A DNA stretch of 64,000 nt from an uncultured delta proteobacterium (GTDB taxonomy: Bacteria > Myxococcota > UBA727 > VGSZ01). Positions 49,175 through 62,800 of this stretch are shown here, one piece after another; within the stretch, counting starts at the first letter, position 1; each line of letters begins with the position of its first letter. The stretch spans positions 480,001-544,000 of the forward strand of contig CAVZJB010000003.1 in the NCBI GenBank assembly GCA_963775425.1, given 5' to 3'. The notes beneath the pieces are model-generated. The model worked only from the letters and a program-made list of their open reading frames with translations. It was not told the DNA's origin and did no database searches. Made by a program: the position numbers and the translations under genes.

Positions 49175-49386
49175 CGGACATCAAAGCGCACATCACCGGC
49201 ACCATCTGGAAGATCAAGGTGGAGGTCGGGCAGAGCATCGAAGAGGGAGACACGCTCGTCATCATCGAGTCCATGAAGATGGAGATGCCCATCGAGGCCG
49301 ACGACCCCGGCACCGTCAAAGAGGTGCTCGCCAAGGAGGGGCAGCCGGTGAACGAGGGCGACGTCCTTCTGATCGTCGATGATTGA
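49171..49386 (+). CDS. Stand-alone biotin carboxyl carrier protein
   Basis: ITGTIWKI.V..G...IIESMKME (biotinylated MKM). Confidence 0.9.
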   Translation: MTDIKAHITGTIWKIKVEVGQSIEEGDTLVIIESMKMEMPIEADDPGTVKEVLAKEGQPVNEGDVLLIVDD

Positions 49387-50125
49387 CGACGCCGACGGCG
49401 TCCGCGTCGTCACCCTGTCGAACCCGAAGAAGCGAAACGCCCTCACCCGCCCGCTCCTCGAGGAGCTCGCGCGGGCCGCGACCCCTCCGGTTCCGGCGGT
49501 GCGCGCGCTCGTCCTCCGCGGCGATCCCGCCGGCGGCGCGTTCTCGTCGGGCTTCGACATCACGAGCATCGACGACGCCGAGCGCGACCGCGGCCTCGAC
49601 CCCATCGACGCCCCCGCCCGCGCGCTCGAGGCGTGCCCCGTCCCCGTGATCGCCGCCGTCGCGGGCGCGTGCATGGGCGGCGCCCTGGAGATCGCGATGG
49701 CGTGCACCTTCAGGGTCGCCCAGCGCGACGCGCTGTTCGCGATGCCGCCCGCGCGGCTCGGCCTCGTCTACTCGCAAAGCGGCCTCGAGCGCTTCCTGCG
49801 GGCGCTGACGCCGAGCCGGGTGCAGCGCCTGTTCCTCGTGGGGGACCGCATCGACGCGGAGGCGGCCCTGCGCTTCGGCCTCGTGGACGCCGTCGTTGAC
49901 GACGCCCTGGTCGAGGCCTCGCGGCTTGCCCGCACCATCGCCGACAACGCTCCGCTGGCCGTGAGCGGCACCCTCGACGCCGTGCGCCGGCTCGCGCGCG
50001 GCGCCGGCGACGACGACCGCGCCGCCATCGACGCCGCCCGCGCCCGGGCCCTCGCGTCGGACGATCTGAAAGAAGGCGTGCGCGCGTTTGCGGAGAAACG
50101 CGCGCCCGCCTTCAAAGGCCGCTGA
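49379..50125 (+). CDS. Enoyl-CoA hydratase/isomerase (crotonase family)
   Basis: NPKKRNAL, FSSGFD, PVIAAV.G.CMGGALE, EG..AF.EKR.P.FKGR. Confidence 0.88.
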   Translation: MIDDADGVRVVTLSNPKKRNALTRPLLEELARAATPPVPAVRALVLRGDPAGGAFSSGFDITSIDDAERDRGLDPIDAPARALEACPVPVIAAVAGACMGGALEIAMACTFRVAQRDALFAMPPARLGLVYSQSGLERFLRALTPSRVQRLFLVGDRIDAEAALRFGLVDAVVDDALVEASRLARTIADNAPLAVSGTLDAVRRLARGAGDDDRAAIDAARARALASDDLKEGVRAFAEKRAPAFKGR

Positions 50126-50134
50126 GCGGCAGGC

Positions 50135-51880
50135 TCAGGTGCCGGGCGTCGGGGTGCCGGCGCAGAACGAGTAGTCGTCGGTGGGGATCAGCTTGCAGAG
50201 CGAGCCGTCCACGCTGTTGCTGTCCGCCGCGAGCGTGGTCTGATCGATGGTGATGTCCGCGGTGCCGTCGTTGAACGACCCCGCCGTGTCTCCTTCGTAG
50301 ATCACGCCGTCGATGAGGGTGTGCGCGGCACTCACGAGCGCCACCGCGTCCGGCGAGCCGTTCTGGATGAGGTTGGTCCCGGTGAGGAGCACGTCCGCGC
50401 CCACGACGGCCCCGATGACATAGCGGCCGCCGGCGGCGATGGAGCCCGTGAGGGGGATGGTGTCGTAGGGAACGAGGGTGTTGTTGTTCCCGTTGACGAG
50501 GATGAGGTTCGCGCCGGTGAGGTCGAACGCGACGGTGCCCGGGTTGAGCAGCTCCACGAACTCGGCGGAGTCGCCCGAGCCGACGTTGTCGTAGTCGATC
50601 TCGCTGATCTGCGGCGACGCCGGGCCGACGGAGAAGGCGGCGCTGCCGCCGGTGATGGGGTTGCCGGTGTCGTCCTTCACGCTGGTGGCGGCGGTGACGG
50701 TGAAGTCGCCGTCAGCCAACACCGCCGTGGTGGTGAGCGTCACGACGGTTCCGTTGACGCTGGCGCTGGCCACGGCGCCGGAGGGGCTGAGCGTGAACTG
50801 CGTCCCCGCGTCCGTGATGCTCGCCGCGTCGATGGCCGCGCTGAACTCCAGGGCGACCTGCGTGTTGCCGATGGCGGCCGCGGCGTCGAGCGTGGTGGAG
50901 GGGCAGCCGTTGGAGGTGAAGTCGGCGTCGGCGAAGATGGACGGCTCCGCCTTGGTGTTGAAGCGCCACATGTTGCCCTTGATGGTGAAGGTGCAGCTGT
51001 CGTTCAGCAGGGCGCCGAGGGAGTCGCTGACGGTGGTGGGCATGCGCAGCACGAGCGAGCCGCCGTCGGCCGTGGGGACGCCGGTCGTGGTGATGGCGTA
51101 CGCGGTGTGGCCGGTCCCGGCGCCGAGCGGGCCACCCGAGATCGTGCCGGTGATGGCGATGGCCTCGGAATTGAGGGTGTCGAGCGCGGCCGCGACGTCA
51201 ACGTTTGTGACGTCCTGCCGCAGGGTCTCCACGTCGACGGTGCCGCCGGCGGTGATGGCGTCGAGCCCGGTGACCTGGACGACGCCGCCGCTGTCGGTGG
51301 TGCGCGCGGTGGCCGTGGCTGAGAGCTGCTCGCCGAGGGTGACGCCCGCGGAGACGGCGTCGACGGCGACGAAGACGGCCGGGCCCGTGGCGTCGTTTTC
51401 CTGGAGGAAGAAGCCCGCCGGGTCGGTGCCCACGGCGTCGATGATGTTGGTGACGACGACGTCGGTCAGGGTGACGTCCAGCGTGTCGCTGGTGGCGGCG
51501 TAGATGTCGGCGATGCCGGTGCCGGTGAAGACGTCGCCTTCGCCCTCGCCCTCGCCTTCACCCTCTCCCTCGCCCTCGCCCTCGCCTTCGCCCTCGCCTT
51601 CACCTTCGCCCTCGCCCTCGCCTTCACCTTCGCCTTCACCCTCGCCTTCTCCTTCGCCTTCGCCTTCGCCTTCACCCTCGCCTTCTCCTTCGCCTTCTCC
51701 TTCGCCTTCTCCTTCACCTTCCCCGGTGTCCGGGACGCAGGTGCCGTTGCTGCAGACGTCCCCCCGGTCGCACTCGTCGTCTGTGACGCACTCGTCCGTC
51801 GCCGGCGGCGGGCAGCCGCCCAGGGCGAGGATGCTGATGGGAAGGAGGGTCAGACCGAGGGTGATGGTAAGCGAGCGCAT
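50135..51880 (-). CDS. Lipoprotein with Cys knot, (GE)n linker, OB-like/Ig-like and lamin-tail-like domains
   Basis: Lipobox LGGC; CVTDDEC..GDVC..G.C; GFFLQ; ISEIDYD...EFVELLN...DLTG. Confidence 0.75.
   Translation of the reverse strand: MRSLTITLGLTLLPISILALGGCPPPATDECVTDDECDRGDVCSNGTCVPDTGEGEGEGEGEGEGEGEGEGEGEGEGEGEGEGEGEGEGEGEGEGEGEGEGEGEGEGEGEGEGEGDVFTGTGIADIYAATSDTLDVTLTDVVVTNIIDAVGTDPAGFFLQENDATGPAVFVAVDAVSAGVTLGEQLSATATARTTDSGGVVQVTGLDAITAGGTVDVETLRQDVTNVDVAAALDTLNSEAIAITGTISGGPLGAGTGHTAYAITTTGVPTADGGSLVLRMPTTVSDSLGALLNDSCTFTIKGNMWRFNTKAEPSIFADADFTSNGCPSTTLDAAAAIGNTQVALEFSAAIDAASITDAGTQFTLSPSGAVASASVNGTVVTLTTTAVLADGDFTVTAATSVKDDTGNPITGGSAAFSVGPASPQISEIDYDNVGSGDSAEFVELLNPGTVAFDLTGANLILVNGNNNTLVPYDTIPLTGSIAAGGRYVIGAVVGADVLLTGTNLIQNGSPDAVALVSAAHTLIDGVIYEGDTAGSFNDGTADITIDQTTLAADSNSVDGSLCKLIPTDDYSFCAGTPTPGT
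51536..51724 (-). repeat. Coding hexamer repeat, about 31 Gly-Glu units
   Basis: Run of ccttcg/ccctcg/ccttca/ccttct synonymous variants. Confidence 0.9.
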
Positions 51881-51947
51881 GGATCTCCCCAGAAAGGTGG
51901 TGGCGAGCCGGGATAGCAGCCGTACCGTGGGGCGCAATGCACGTGCG

Positions 51948-51976
51948 TTGACAACGTGACGAGGGCCGCATACGTC
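51948..51976 (+). promoter_or_regulatory. Possible sigma-70 promoter of tRNA-Val
   Basis: TTGACA, 17 nt, weak -10 TACGTC. Confidence 0.35.
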
Positions 51977-51987
51977 ACCGGCGGCAC

Positions 51988-52062
<75 letters not shown>

Positions 52063-52067
52063 ACCGG

Positions 52068-52096
52068 AACCCCGAGGAAACTCGGGGTTTTCTTTT
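52068..52096 (+). terminator. Intrinsic terminator after tRNA
   Basis: aaccccgag-gaaa-ctcggggtt followed by ttctttt. Confidence 0.85.
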
Positions 52097-52250
52097 GGCC
52101 GGTGTTCGTTGGGGTTGACCGTAGGGAGACGCTCTCCCGAGCGTGGCAGGGATCCAACGAGGGTGGACCGTTGTGATGCTTTGGCATTGCCGTGCGCCGT
52201 GTCCGATCACGGCGCGTCCCGGCAACGGAGGCCTCCGGCCCGCCGCTTCG

Positions 52251-52409
52251 TCAAGCGATGCGGCGGCCCAAAATGATCCGGACCAGCACCGCCACGATGG
52301 CGAGGGCCAGCAGGACATGGATGAGGCCACCCATCGTGTACGACGTCGCGATGCCGAACACCCACAGCCCCACGAAGACCAATGCAAGCAACCAGATGAG
52401 GTTCAACAC
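52251..52409 (-). CDS. Small membrane protein, lmo0937/DUF5670-like (52 aa, not in ORF track)
   Basis: GGAG RBS, GTG; MLNLIWLLALVFVGLWVFGIATSYTMGGLIHVLLALAIVAVLVRIILGRRIA. Confidence 0.8.
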   Translation of the reverse strand: MLNLIWLLALVFVGLWVFGIATSYTMGGLIHVLLALAIVAVLVRIILGRRIA

Positions 52410-52439
52410 GTGGCAACTCCTTCCCAGCCGTTTGGCTGG

Positions 52440-54918
<2,479 letters not shown>

Positions 54919-54922
<4 letters not shown>

Positions 54923-55254
54923 ACGTGACGCAACCGAAGCCGCCGGTCGATGCGACGTTCGCCGCCCAGGTGACGACGAAGGCTGCACGAAAAGACCGGG
55001 CCCGCCGACACGCCGGACGCGGCACGTGGTTCGGGCTTGGGATGATGGGGCTCATCGGGTGGTCGGTGGCGATCCCGACGCTGGTCGGCGCGGCGGTCGG
55101 CGTCTGGCTGGACCGCCGCGGAGGAGCGTCGCACATCTCGTGGACGCTGGCGCTCCTCGCGGCGGGCCTGGTCATCGGCTGCTTCAACGCGTGGCGCTGG
55201 GTCGTCAAGGAAGACAAGGCGATGCGCGCGGAAGCGGAGGGTGATGATGAGTGA
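54919..55254 (+). CDS. atpQ: N-ATPase AtpQ (AtpZ/gene1-type)
   Basis: WFGLGMMGLIGWSVAIPTL.G...G.WLD, GCFNAW.W. Confidence 0.88.
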
Positions 55255-55540
55255 GCTCGTCACAGGGATCTTGTCCCTCGGAGCGGGTGCTGCCCTCGGA
55301 GCGCTGTTCTTCGGCGGGCTCTGGTGGACGGTGCGCAGAGGCGTCGCGTCCCGGCGGCCGGCGCTGTGGTTCGTGGGGGGAACGCTGTTGCGGGCGAGCG
55401 CGGCCCTCGCCGGCTTCCTCGTGGTTGGTGGAGGTCGCTTCGATCGCTTTGTCTTCTGCCTCGCCGGCTTCGTCGGCGCGCGCCTCTTGGTGCTGCGGCT
55501 GACGGGGCGAGTCCCCCACGAGGCCCGCCATGCGCCTTAG
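55247..55540 (+). CDS. atpR: N-ATPase AtpR
   Basis: LGALFFGGLWWTV, LLR, LAGF..AR. Confidence 0.85.
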   Translation: MSELVTGILSLGAGAALGALFFGGLWWTVRRGVASRRPALWFVGGTLLRASAALAGFLVVGGGRFDRFVFCLAGFVGARLLVLRLTGRVPHEARHAP

Positions 55541-56240
55541 TCCCGACGAGCTGGTCTACTGGCACCTTGGCTTCTTCAAGTTGAACGCGACCCTCGCCTT
55601 TACCTGGGGGCTGATCGTCGTGCTCGTCGTCGGAGCGAAGCTCGTCACACGCAAGCTGAACATGGGGGTCGAGAGGTCGCGCTGGCAGAACCTCCTCGAG
55701 CTCATCGTTACGACCATCGAAAACCAGATCCGCGACGTCGGGCTTCCGGATGCCCGGAGGTATGTCGGGTTTCTGGGGACGCTGTTCTTGTTCATCGCCG
55801 CGGCCAGCTTGTGCACCATCATCCCGGGCTACGAGCCGCCGACGAGCTCGTTGTCGACGACGATCGCGCTCGCGCTGTGCGTGTTCGTGGCGGTCCCGGT
55901 CTTCGGTGTCACCGGGCGAGGCTTCCGCGGCTACTTGAAGTCGTACGTCGAGCCGACGGTGATCATGCTGCCCTTCAACATCATCAGCGAGGCCTCCCGC
56001 ACGTTGGCGCTGGCCGTGCGCCTCTTCGGCAACATGATGAGCGGCGCGATGATCATCGCCATTCTCGTCAGCATCACGCCGTTCATCTTCCCGATCGTCA
56101 TGACGGCGCTCGGCCTCCTTACCGGCATGGTTCAGGCATACATCTTCACCATCCTGGCAGCGGTCTACATCGCCGCCGGCGCCGGCGCGGCGAGGCCGAA
56201 GCGCGCGACACCGTCTGCGGCGCCTGCGCCGGGGACTTGA
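55530..56240 (+). CDS. atpB: N-ATPase subunit a
   Basis: PPTSSL, SRTLALAVRLFGNM, QAYIF. Confidence 0.93.
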   Translation: MRLSPDELVYWHLGFFKLNATLAFTWGLIVVLVVGAKLVTRKLNMGVERSRWQNLLELIVTTIENQIRDVGLPDARRYVGFLGTLFLFIAAASLCTIIPGYEPPTSSLSTTIALALCVFVAVPVFGVTGRGFRGYLKSYVEPTVIMLPFNIISEASRTLALAVRLFGNMMSGAMIIAILVSITPFIFPIVMTALGLLTGMVQAYIFTILAAVYIAAGAGAARPKRATPSAAPAPGT

Positions 56241-56270
56241 GGCACGGACGTAGAAACAGAGGGACACAAA

Positions 56271-56552
56271 GTGGACACCGTCACCGTCATCGCCGTTGCT
56301 TCGATCGTCACCGCCGGCTTCGTCACCAGCTTCGGGTGCATGTTCCCGGCCCTGAGCGAAGGGCGCGCCGTCGCCACCGCCCTTGGCTCGCTCGCGCAGC
56401 AACCCGATGCGTCCGCCACCATCACGCGAACGTTGTTCGTCGGGTTGGCGATGATCGAGTCCACGGCTATCTACTGTTTCGTCGTGTCGATGATCTTGAT
56501 CTTCGCGAACCCGTTCTGGAATCACGTCCTCTCTGTAACAGCGGGCAAGTAA
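56271..56552 (+). CDS. atpE: N-ATPase subunit c
   Basis: PALSEG, AQQP loop, AMIESTAIY. Confidence 0.93.
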   Translation: MDTVTVIAVASIVTAGFVTSFGCMFPALSEGRAVATALGSLAQQPDASATITRTLFVGLAMIESTAIYCFVVSMILIFANPFWNHVLSVTAGK

Positions 56553-56554
56553 CC

Positions 56555-57370
56555 GTGCTCATCGACTGGTTCACCGTCGGCGCGCAGGTGCTCAACTTCG
56601 CCATCCTCGTGGTCTTGATGAGGCGTTTCCTCTACCAGCCGGTCCTCAACGCCATCGACGCCCGAGAAAAGAAGATCGCCACCGCGATCGCCGACGCGGC
56701 GGCGAAGCAGTCGGAGGCGCTGGCGGAGCGGGAAGAGCTGGCGAAAAAGAACGAAGAGATCAGCGGTCAGCGCGCCGCGCTGCTGAGCGAGGCAGCCGAG
56801 GAAGCGGCCGGCGAGCGGCGGCGGCTCCTCGGTGAAGCGCGCGACGCCGCCGACGCCGTGGCTGCGAAGTGGCGGCGCACCCTGCACGCTGACGCGCTCT
56901 CCGTGAGCGAGGCCATCCGCAGCCGAGCGCAACAAGAGGTGTTCGCCATCGCGCGAAAGGCGTTTGCCGACCTCGCGGACGCGCCTGTGCAAGAGCGCAT
57001 GGTGGCGGTGCTCATCCGCCGCCTCCGAGAGCTCGACGGGGAGGCGAAGGAGGGCTTCGCCGCGGCGTTGAAGGGCGCGTCGACGCCGCCGTTGGTGCGC
57101 TGTGCGCTCGGGCTCACCGCTGCGCAACGCTCGGCGATCGAGGGCGCCCTCGGTGAAGTGTCTTCGCTCGACGCCGGGCTCCGCTTCGAGGTCGCGCCGG
57201 AGCTGATCAGCGGAATCGAGATCATTGCGAACGGACAGAAGCTGTCGTGGAGCGTCGCGGAGTACCTCGGCGCGCTTGAGAGACGTGTCGGCGATGTCCT
57301 GGCGCGCGAGATGCAACTCTCAGCGGCGCAGACGAAGCGCGAGCTCCTCCCGGCCGAGGCGGGGCCGTGA
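56555..57370 (+). CDS. atpF: N-ATPase subunit b with delta-like C-terminal extension
   Basis: [15 protein letters not shown]...RFLYQP, C-terminal LISGIEI...K.SW. Confidence 0.9.
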   Translation: MLIDWFTVGAQVLNFAILVVLMRRFLYQPVLNAIDAREKKIATAIADAAAKQSEALAEREELAKKNEEISGQRAALLSEAAEEAAGERRRLLGEARDAADAVAAKWRRTLHADALSVSEAIRSRAQQEVFAIARKAFADLADAPVQERMVAVLIRRLRELDGEAKEGFAAALKGASTPPLVRCALGLTAAQRSAIEGALGEVSSLDAGLRFEVAPELISGIEIIANGQKLSWSVAEYLGALERRVGDVLAREMQLSAAQTKRELLPAEAGP

Positions 57371-58911
57371 CGGCGGCCGCCGCAGACCTGCAGAGCGTCG
57401 TGGAGCGGTTCTTCGCCGGCCTGGCGGAGGTGCGGGGTGCATTCACGCCGCAATTGACGCTGCGGGAGACAGGCACCATCACGAGCGTCTCCACAGGCAT
57501 CGGCACGGTCTCCGGCCTCCCGAGCGTCGGCTCCGCCGAGCTGCTCCAGTTTCCGGGCGGCGTCTCCGGGATCGCGTTCAATCTCGATGAGGACGAGATC
57601 GGTGTGGTGCTGCTCGGCGATCACACGCACCTCGGCGCCGGCGACCCCGTCGAACGCACCGGGCGCGTCATGGACGTGGGCGTCGGTGACGCTCTGCTTG
57701 GGCGCGTCATCGATCCGCTCGGCCGACCGCTCGACGGGGGAGGTCCCGTCGCCACCGAGCAACGCTTGCCGATCGAGCGGCCGGCCCCGTCGATCATGGA
57801 CCGCGCTCCCGTCGCCGTGCCCCTCCAGACCGGCCTCAAGGTCGTCGACGCGCTCATTCCCATCGGTCGCGGGCAACGCGAGCTGATTCTCGGTGACAGA
57901 CAAACCGGCAAGACCGCGATCGCCATCGACACCATCCTCAATCAACGGGGAAAGGACGTCGTTTGTGTGTATTGCGCCATCGGTCAGCGCGCCTCGGCGG
58001 TGGCGAAGGCCGTCGCCGTTCTGCGCGAGAACGAGGCGCTCGCGTACACCATCGTCGTCGTGAGCGAGGGCAACGACCCGCCGGGCCTGACCTACGTCGC
58101 GCCATACGCGGCGACGAGCATCGCCGAGCACTTCATGGAGGCCGGTCGCGACGTCTTGATCGTCTACGACGACCTCACCCACCACGCTCGGGCATATCGC
58201 GAGCTCTCGCTGCTCCTGCGTCGGCCACCCGGACGCGAAGCGTTTCCCGGGGACATCTTCTACATCCACTCTCGCCTGCTCGAGCGCGCCACGCACCTGT
58301 GCGCTGCGCGCGGCGGCGGATCGCTCACGGCGCTGCCGATCATCGAGACCGAGGCGCAGAACATCTCCGCTTACATCCCGACGAACCTCATCTCGATCAC
58401 GGATGGGCAGGTGTACGTCTCGCCGTCGTTGTTCGAGCTGGGCGTGCTCCCGGCGGTCGACGTCGGCAAGTCCGTGTCGCGCCTCGGCGGAAAGGCGCAG
58501 CGGCCGGCGTATCGGAGCTTTGCGAGTGACCTCAAGCTCGCCTACGCGCAGTTCGAGGAGCTCGAGACCTTCGCGCGTTTTGGCGCTCACCTCGATGACG
58601 AGACCAAGAAGATTATGGAACACGGGCTGCGCATCCGCGCGTGCTTGAAGCAGCCGGAGACGACACCGGCGCCGGTGCCGGCGCAGATCGCGATCCTCGT
58701 GGCGCTCACCGCCGGCCTCTTCGACAGGGTGCCGATCGATCGGATGCCTGACGCCGAGCGCGCGGTGTCCGCCGCCGCCGCGAGCATCCCCGTGGAGGTG
58801 AGCGAGCGGTTCGAGAGCGCGTCCTCGTTGAGGGCCGCCGACCGTGAGGCGATCATGCAGATCGCACGCGCCGCGCTCGTGGACCTGCAACAACCCGAGG
58901 CGAAGGGATGA
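57367..58911 (+). CDS. atpA: N-ATPase alpha subunit
   Basis: [40 protein letters not shown]. Confidence 0.95.
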   Translation: MTAAAADLQSVVERFFAGLAEVRGAFTPQLTLRETGTITSVSTGIGTVSGLPSVGSAELLQFPGGVSGIAFNLDEDEIGVVLLGDHTHLGAGDPVERTGRVMDVGVGDALLGRVIDPLGRPLDGGGPVATEQRLPIERPAPSIMDRAPVAVPLQTGLKVVDALIPIGRGQRELILGDRQTGKTAIAIDTILNQRGKDVVCVYCAIGQRASAVAKAVAVLRENEALAYTIVVVSEGNDPPGLTYVAPYAATSIAEHFMEAGRDVLIVYDDLTHHARAYRELSLLLRRPPGREAFPGDIFYIHSRLLERATHLCAARGGGSLTALPIIETEAQNISAYIPTNLISITDGQVYVSPSLFELGVLPAVDVGKSVSRLGGKAQRPAYRSFASDLKLAYAQFEELETFARFGAHLDDETKKIMEHGLRIRACLKQPETTPAPVPAQIAILVALTAGLFDRVPIDRMPDAERAVSAAAASIPVEVSERFESASSLRAADREAIMQIARAALVDLQQPEAKG

Positions 58912-59795
58912 GCGAGACGACGGCGGGCCTCGAACGGAAGATTCACGGCGCCACCGACCTCCAGTCCGTTGTGCGGTCCATGAAGGCGCTGGCGGCGTCG
59001 AGGATCCGGCAATACGAGGCATCCGCGCTCGCCCTGGCGGGCTACTATCGGACCGTCGAGCTCGCCTTGGGCGTGTGCCTGCGCGAAGGGACACCCCTGT
59101 CGCTCCCGGCGCCGACCCCGAGGCCGGCGGGCGCATCGGTGGTCGGCGCCGTCGTGTTCGGCTCGGACCAGGGGCTCGTGGGCCAGTTCAACGAGGTCGT
59201 GGCCGAACGCGCGGCGGAGGAGCTCGCTTCGACTCCGGGCAGGGCCGAGGTGTGGGCGATTGGGGAGCGCGTCCACGCTCGCCTTGCTGACCTCGGCCTG
59301 CGCCCCGAAGCGCTGTTTGCAGTGCCGACCTCCGTCGATGCGATCGCAGCGATGGTCGGGAAGATCCTCGTCGCCACCGAAGCCCACCACGGCCACGCCG
59401 GGGGAAGCGCGCTCTATCTCTTCTACAACCGCGCGCTCGGCGCCGCGGGCTATGAACCGGTAACGCAGCGATTGCTGCCGTTGGATGAGGGTTGGCGCCG
59501 CGCGCTCATCGCGGTTTCCTGGCCAACGCCGACGCTGCCCGAGGTGGTCCTGGGAAACGGCACCACGACGTTGCGCGCGCTCGTTCGCGAACACGTGTTC
59601 GTGTCGCTCTTTCGTGCGTGCGCCGACTCGCTCGCCAGCGAAAACGCGAGTCGTCTGGCCGCGATGCAGCGCGCGGACAAGAACATCAACGAGCTCCTCG
59701 AGACCCTCCACGGAGCGTTCCACAGCCTGCGGCAGGGGAGCATCGACGAGGAGCTCTTCGACGTCATCGCGGGTTTTGAGGCGCTCCCGAAATAG
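58908..59795 (+). CDS. atpG: N-ATPase gamma subunit
   Basis: [37 protein letters not shown]. Confidence 0.93.
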   Translation: MSETTAGLERKIHGATDLQSVVRSMKALAASRIRQYEASALALAGYYRTVELALGVCLREGTPLSLPAPTPRPAGASVVGAVVFGSDQGLVGQFNEVVAERAAEELASTPGRAEVWAIGERVHARLADLGLRPEALFAVPTSVDAIAAMVGKILVATEAHHGHAGGSALYLFYNRALGAAGYEPVTQRLLPLDEGWRRALIAVSWPTPTLPEVVLGNGTTTLRALVREHVFVSLFRACADSLASENASRLAAMQRADKNINELLETLHGAFHSLRQGSIDEELFDVIAGFEALPK

Positions 59796-59894
59796 CCTTC
59801 TCCAGGTCCGCCCCACGTGACGGCCGTGCGAACGCCGAATTGCTCCCGGAGGCTGGGGCAGCATGCTACCGCTGGCGTCGGGGAAACCGACCGC

Positions 59895-62800
59895 ATGACC
59901 AAGAGGGACCGGCACGCGACCCGATCGGGTGACAAGACGCGCGCGCCGGCGTTGCCCGCGAGGGTTCGTGCGAGCACCGGGTTCCCTATCGTCGGCATCG
60001 GCGCCTCCGCGGGAGGGATGGAGGCGTTCGTCGAGCTGCTCCGGCGGATCCCGAAGCAGACCGGAGCAGCGTTCGTCTTGATCCAGCACCTGGATCCAAC
60101 GCACGCGAGCTACCTGAGCGAAGCGCTTGGCCGATCGACGGGGTTCCCCGTCGAAGAGAGCGAAGACGGGATGGTCATCAAGCCGGACCACGTCTACGTG
60201 ATCCCTCCGAGCGCCGACGTGAGCATCATGGGCGGGGCGCTCTCCCTGTTGCCGCGCGGCATCGACGGACACAAGCTGCACCTGCCGGTCGACTTCTTCT
60301 TCGAGTCGCTCGCGGCCGATCGTGGAAACCAGGCGATTGGTGTCGTCCTTTCGGGCACCGGGTCCGATGGAAGTGAGGGGCTCCGCGCGATCAAGGCGGA
60401 GGGCGGGGTCACGCTCGCGCAGGATCCGGAGACCGCGAAGTTCAGGGGTATGCCGGACGCTGCGATCCAGGCCGGCGTCGTCGATGTCGTGCTGCCGATC
60501 GACGCCCTCGCGGCGGAGCTCGTGCGCCTCGCTCGCCATCCGTTCTTTCGTTCGAACGCAGCGGAGAAGGCGCCGGGCCCCACCGAGGACCGCGAGCTCA
60601 GGCAGGTGCTCGCCCTCGTTCGCGGCGCCGTGCGCGTCGACTTCAGCGAATACAAGCTCGCGAGCATCCGGCGCCGCGTCGCTCGCCGCATGGCGGTTCG
60701 CCGGCTCGCGACGCTCCCCGAGTATGTGCAGGTGCTCCGCGGGGATCGCGCGGAGCTGCAAGCGCTGTTCGAGGACATCCTCATCCACGTGACCTCCTTC
60801 TTTCGTGACGCAGAGGCGTTCGAGAAGCTGAAGGAGGTCGCCTTCCCCGAGATCCTGACGCAGAAGCGCGTCGGCGGCACCATTCGCATCTGGTGTTGCG
60901 GTTGTTCCACGGGCGAAGAGGTCTACTCGCTCGCCATCGCCCTCTTCGAGTTCCTTTCGAAGGAGGGCGCCTCCGACGTTCCGGTGCAGATCTTCGGAAC
61001 CGACATCGCGGAGGCGGCCATCGAGAAGGCGCGCGCGGGGCTCTATCCCGACGCCGCCGTTCGCGACATCGACGCGGAGCGGCTCGCCCGTTTCTTCGTG
61101 AAGGAGGAAGGCGGCTACCGGATCTCCAAGTCGATTCGAGAACGGTGCGCGTTCGTGAAGCACGACCTCACGCGCGACCCACCATTTTCCAAGCTCGACC
61201 TCGTGTGCTGTCGAAACGTCCTCATCTACTTCACGGCCGAGCTTCAGAAGCGCGTGTTGGCGACGTTTCACTTCGGGCTGAACGACCCGGGCTTCCTCTT
61301 GCTCGGCGGCGCCGAGAACATCGGTGACGGAGCCGACTTGTTCTCCGCGGTCGACAAGGAGAGCAAGATCTTCGCGAGGAGCGCAGGCAAAAGCGTCCTA
61401 CGCCTCGCCCCCGCACGGGACGTCTATCCAATCCCGCCGCCGACCGTCGATCTCGGCCCGCGAGCACCGCCCCCAGCGGATGTCGTGAAGCGCGTCGAGA
61501 GCGCTCTCCTCGACAAATACACGCCGCCGGGGGTCATCGTGAATGATCGCCTGGAGATCCTTCAGTTCCGGGGCAGGACCGCCCGCTACCTCGAGCCGCC
61601 GCCTGGACCGCCGCAGCACGACCTGTTGAAGATGGCCCGCAAGGAGCTCGTCTCAGACCTCCGGATCGCCATCTCGCGGGCGCGCAAAGAGAAGGCGATG
61701 GTGCGGCGGTCCGGCATCCGGATCGAGGAGAACGGGTCAACGCTCCTCTGTGCCGTGGTCGTCCTTCCGGTCCCGCTCGCCGAGCCCGCGTTGCCGGCCT
61801 TCGCCGTGATGTTCGAGGAGGAGACGGCGCAGGGGCCTCGGCCGGTCGCGCCGGCGGTTTCGGGCGCAACGCCGCCGACCGCGCCGGTCAACGAGCAGCG
61901 TTACAGCGCGCTCGAAGAAGAGCTCGAGAGGACCAAACAGTTTCTGGAGACGACCGTCGACGAGCTTCAACGAACCAATGAAGAGATGATGTCGGCGAAC
62001 GAGGAGCTCTTGTCGAGCAACGAAGAGCTTCAAAGCTTGAACGAGGAGATGGAGACGGCGAGGGAGGAGCTGCAGTCCACGAACGAGGAGCTGAGCACGC
62101 TCAACGACGAGCTTCAGAACCGGAACACCGAGCTCAACTCCGCCAACAGCGATCTCATCAACATCCTCGGCAGCGTCGAGGTGCCCATCGTCATCGTCGA
62201 TGCGGAGCGCCGCATTCGTCGCTTCACGCCCATGGCGCGTTCACTCCTGAACCTCCTGCCGTCAGACGTCGGCCGCCCCATCGACGACATCAAGCCGAAC
62301 CTCCCCATCGACAAGCTCGATCAGAAGATCGCGGACGTCATCGACAGCGTGACGATCCACGAGGAGCAGGCCGAGGGCAAAGACGGGCGCTGGTATCGGT
62401 TGCAGATTCGCCCGTACACCACTGTCGACAAGAAGATCGACGGCGCGGTGCTTTCGATCGTCGATATTGACTCGTTGAAGCGCGCGCTCGGTGCCGCCGA
62501 ATGGGCCCGTGATTTCGCGACGGCGATCGTCGAGGCGAGCCCGACTCCGAACGTCGTTCTCGACGAGCAACAGAACATCGTCTCGAGCAACGAGGCATTC
62601 CGCGAGACCTACGTCGTGACGATGGCGACCGAGGGGCGCAGCGTCTACCAGATCCAGAACGGGGCGTGGGACTTCCCAGAGCTCCGTTCGGCGCTCGAGC
62701 GCGTGGTCAAACGCCACGGGCGATTTCGCGCGCTCGACGTGGAGCGTGAGTTGCCGGGTCTCGGGAAGCGTTGGATGTCGCTGTCGGGACGATCCGTGGT

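Noticed and set aside
51536-51724. Hexamer repeat as phase-variation switch
   Set aside because: Unit is a multiple of 3 and codon-diversified, so slippage would not shift frame
52063-52250. Integrase or att duplication after tRNA-Val
   Set aside because: No recombinase ORF and no second copy of the tRNA 3' end seen in the window
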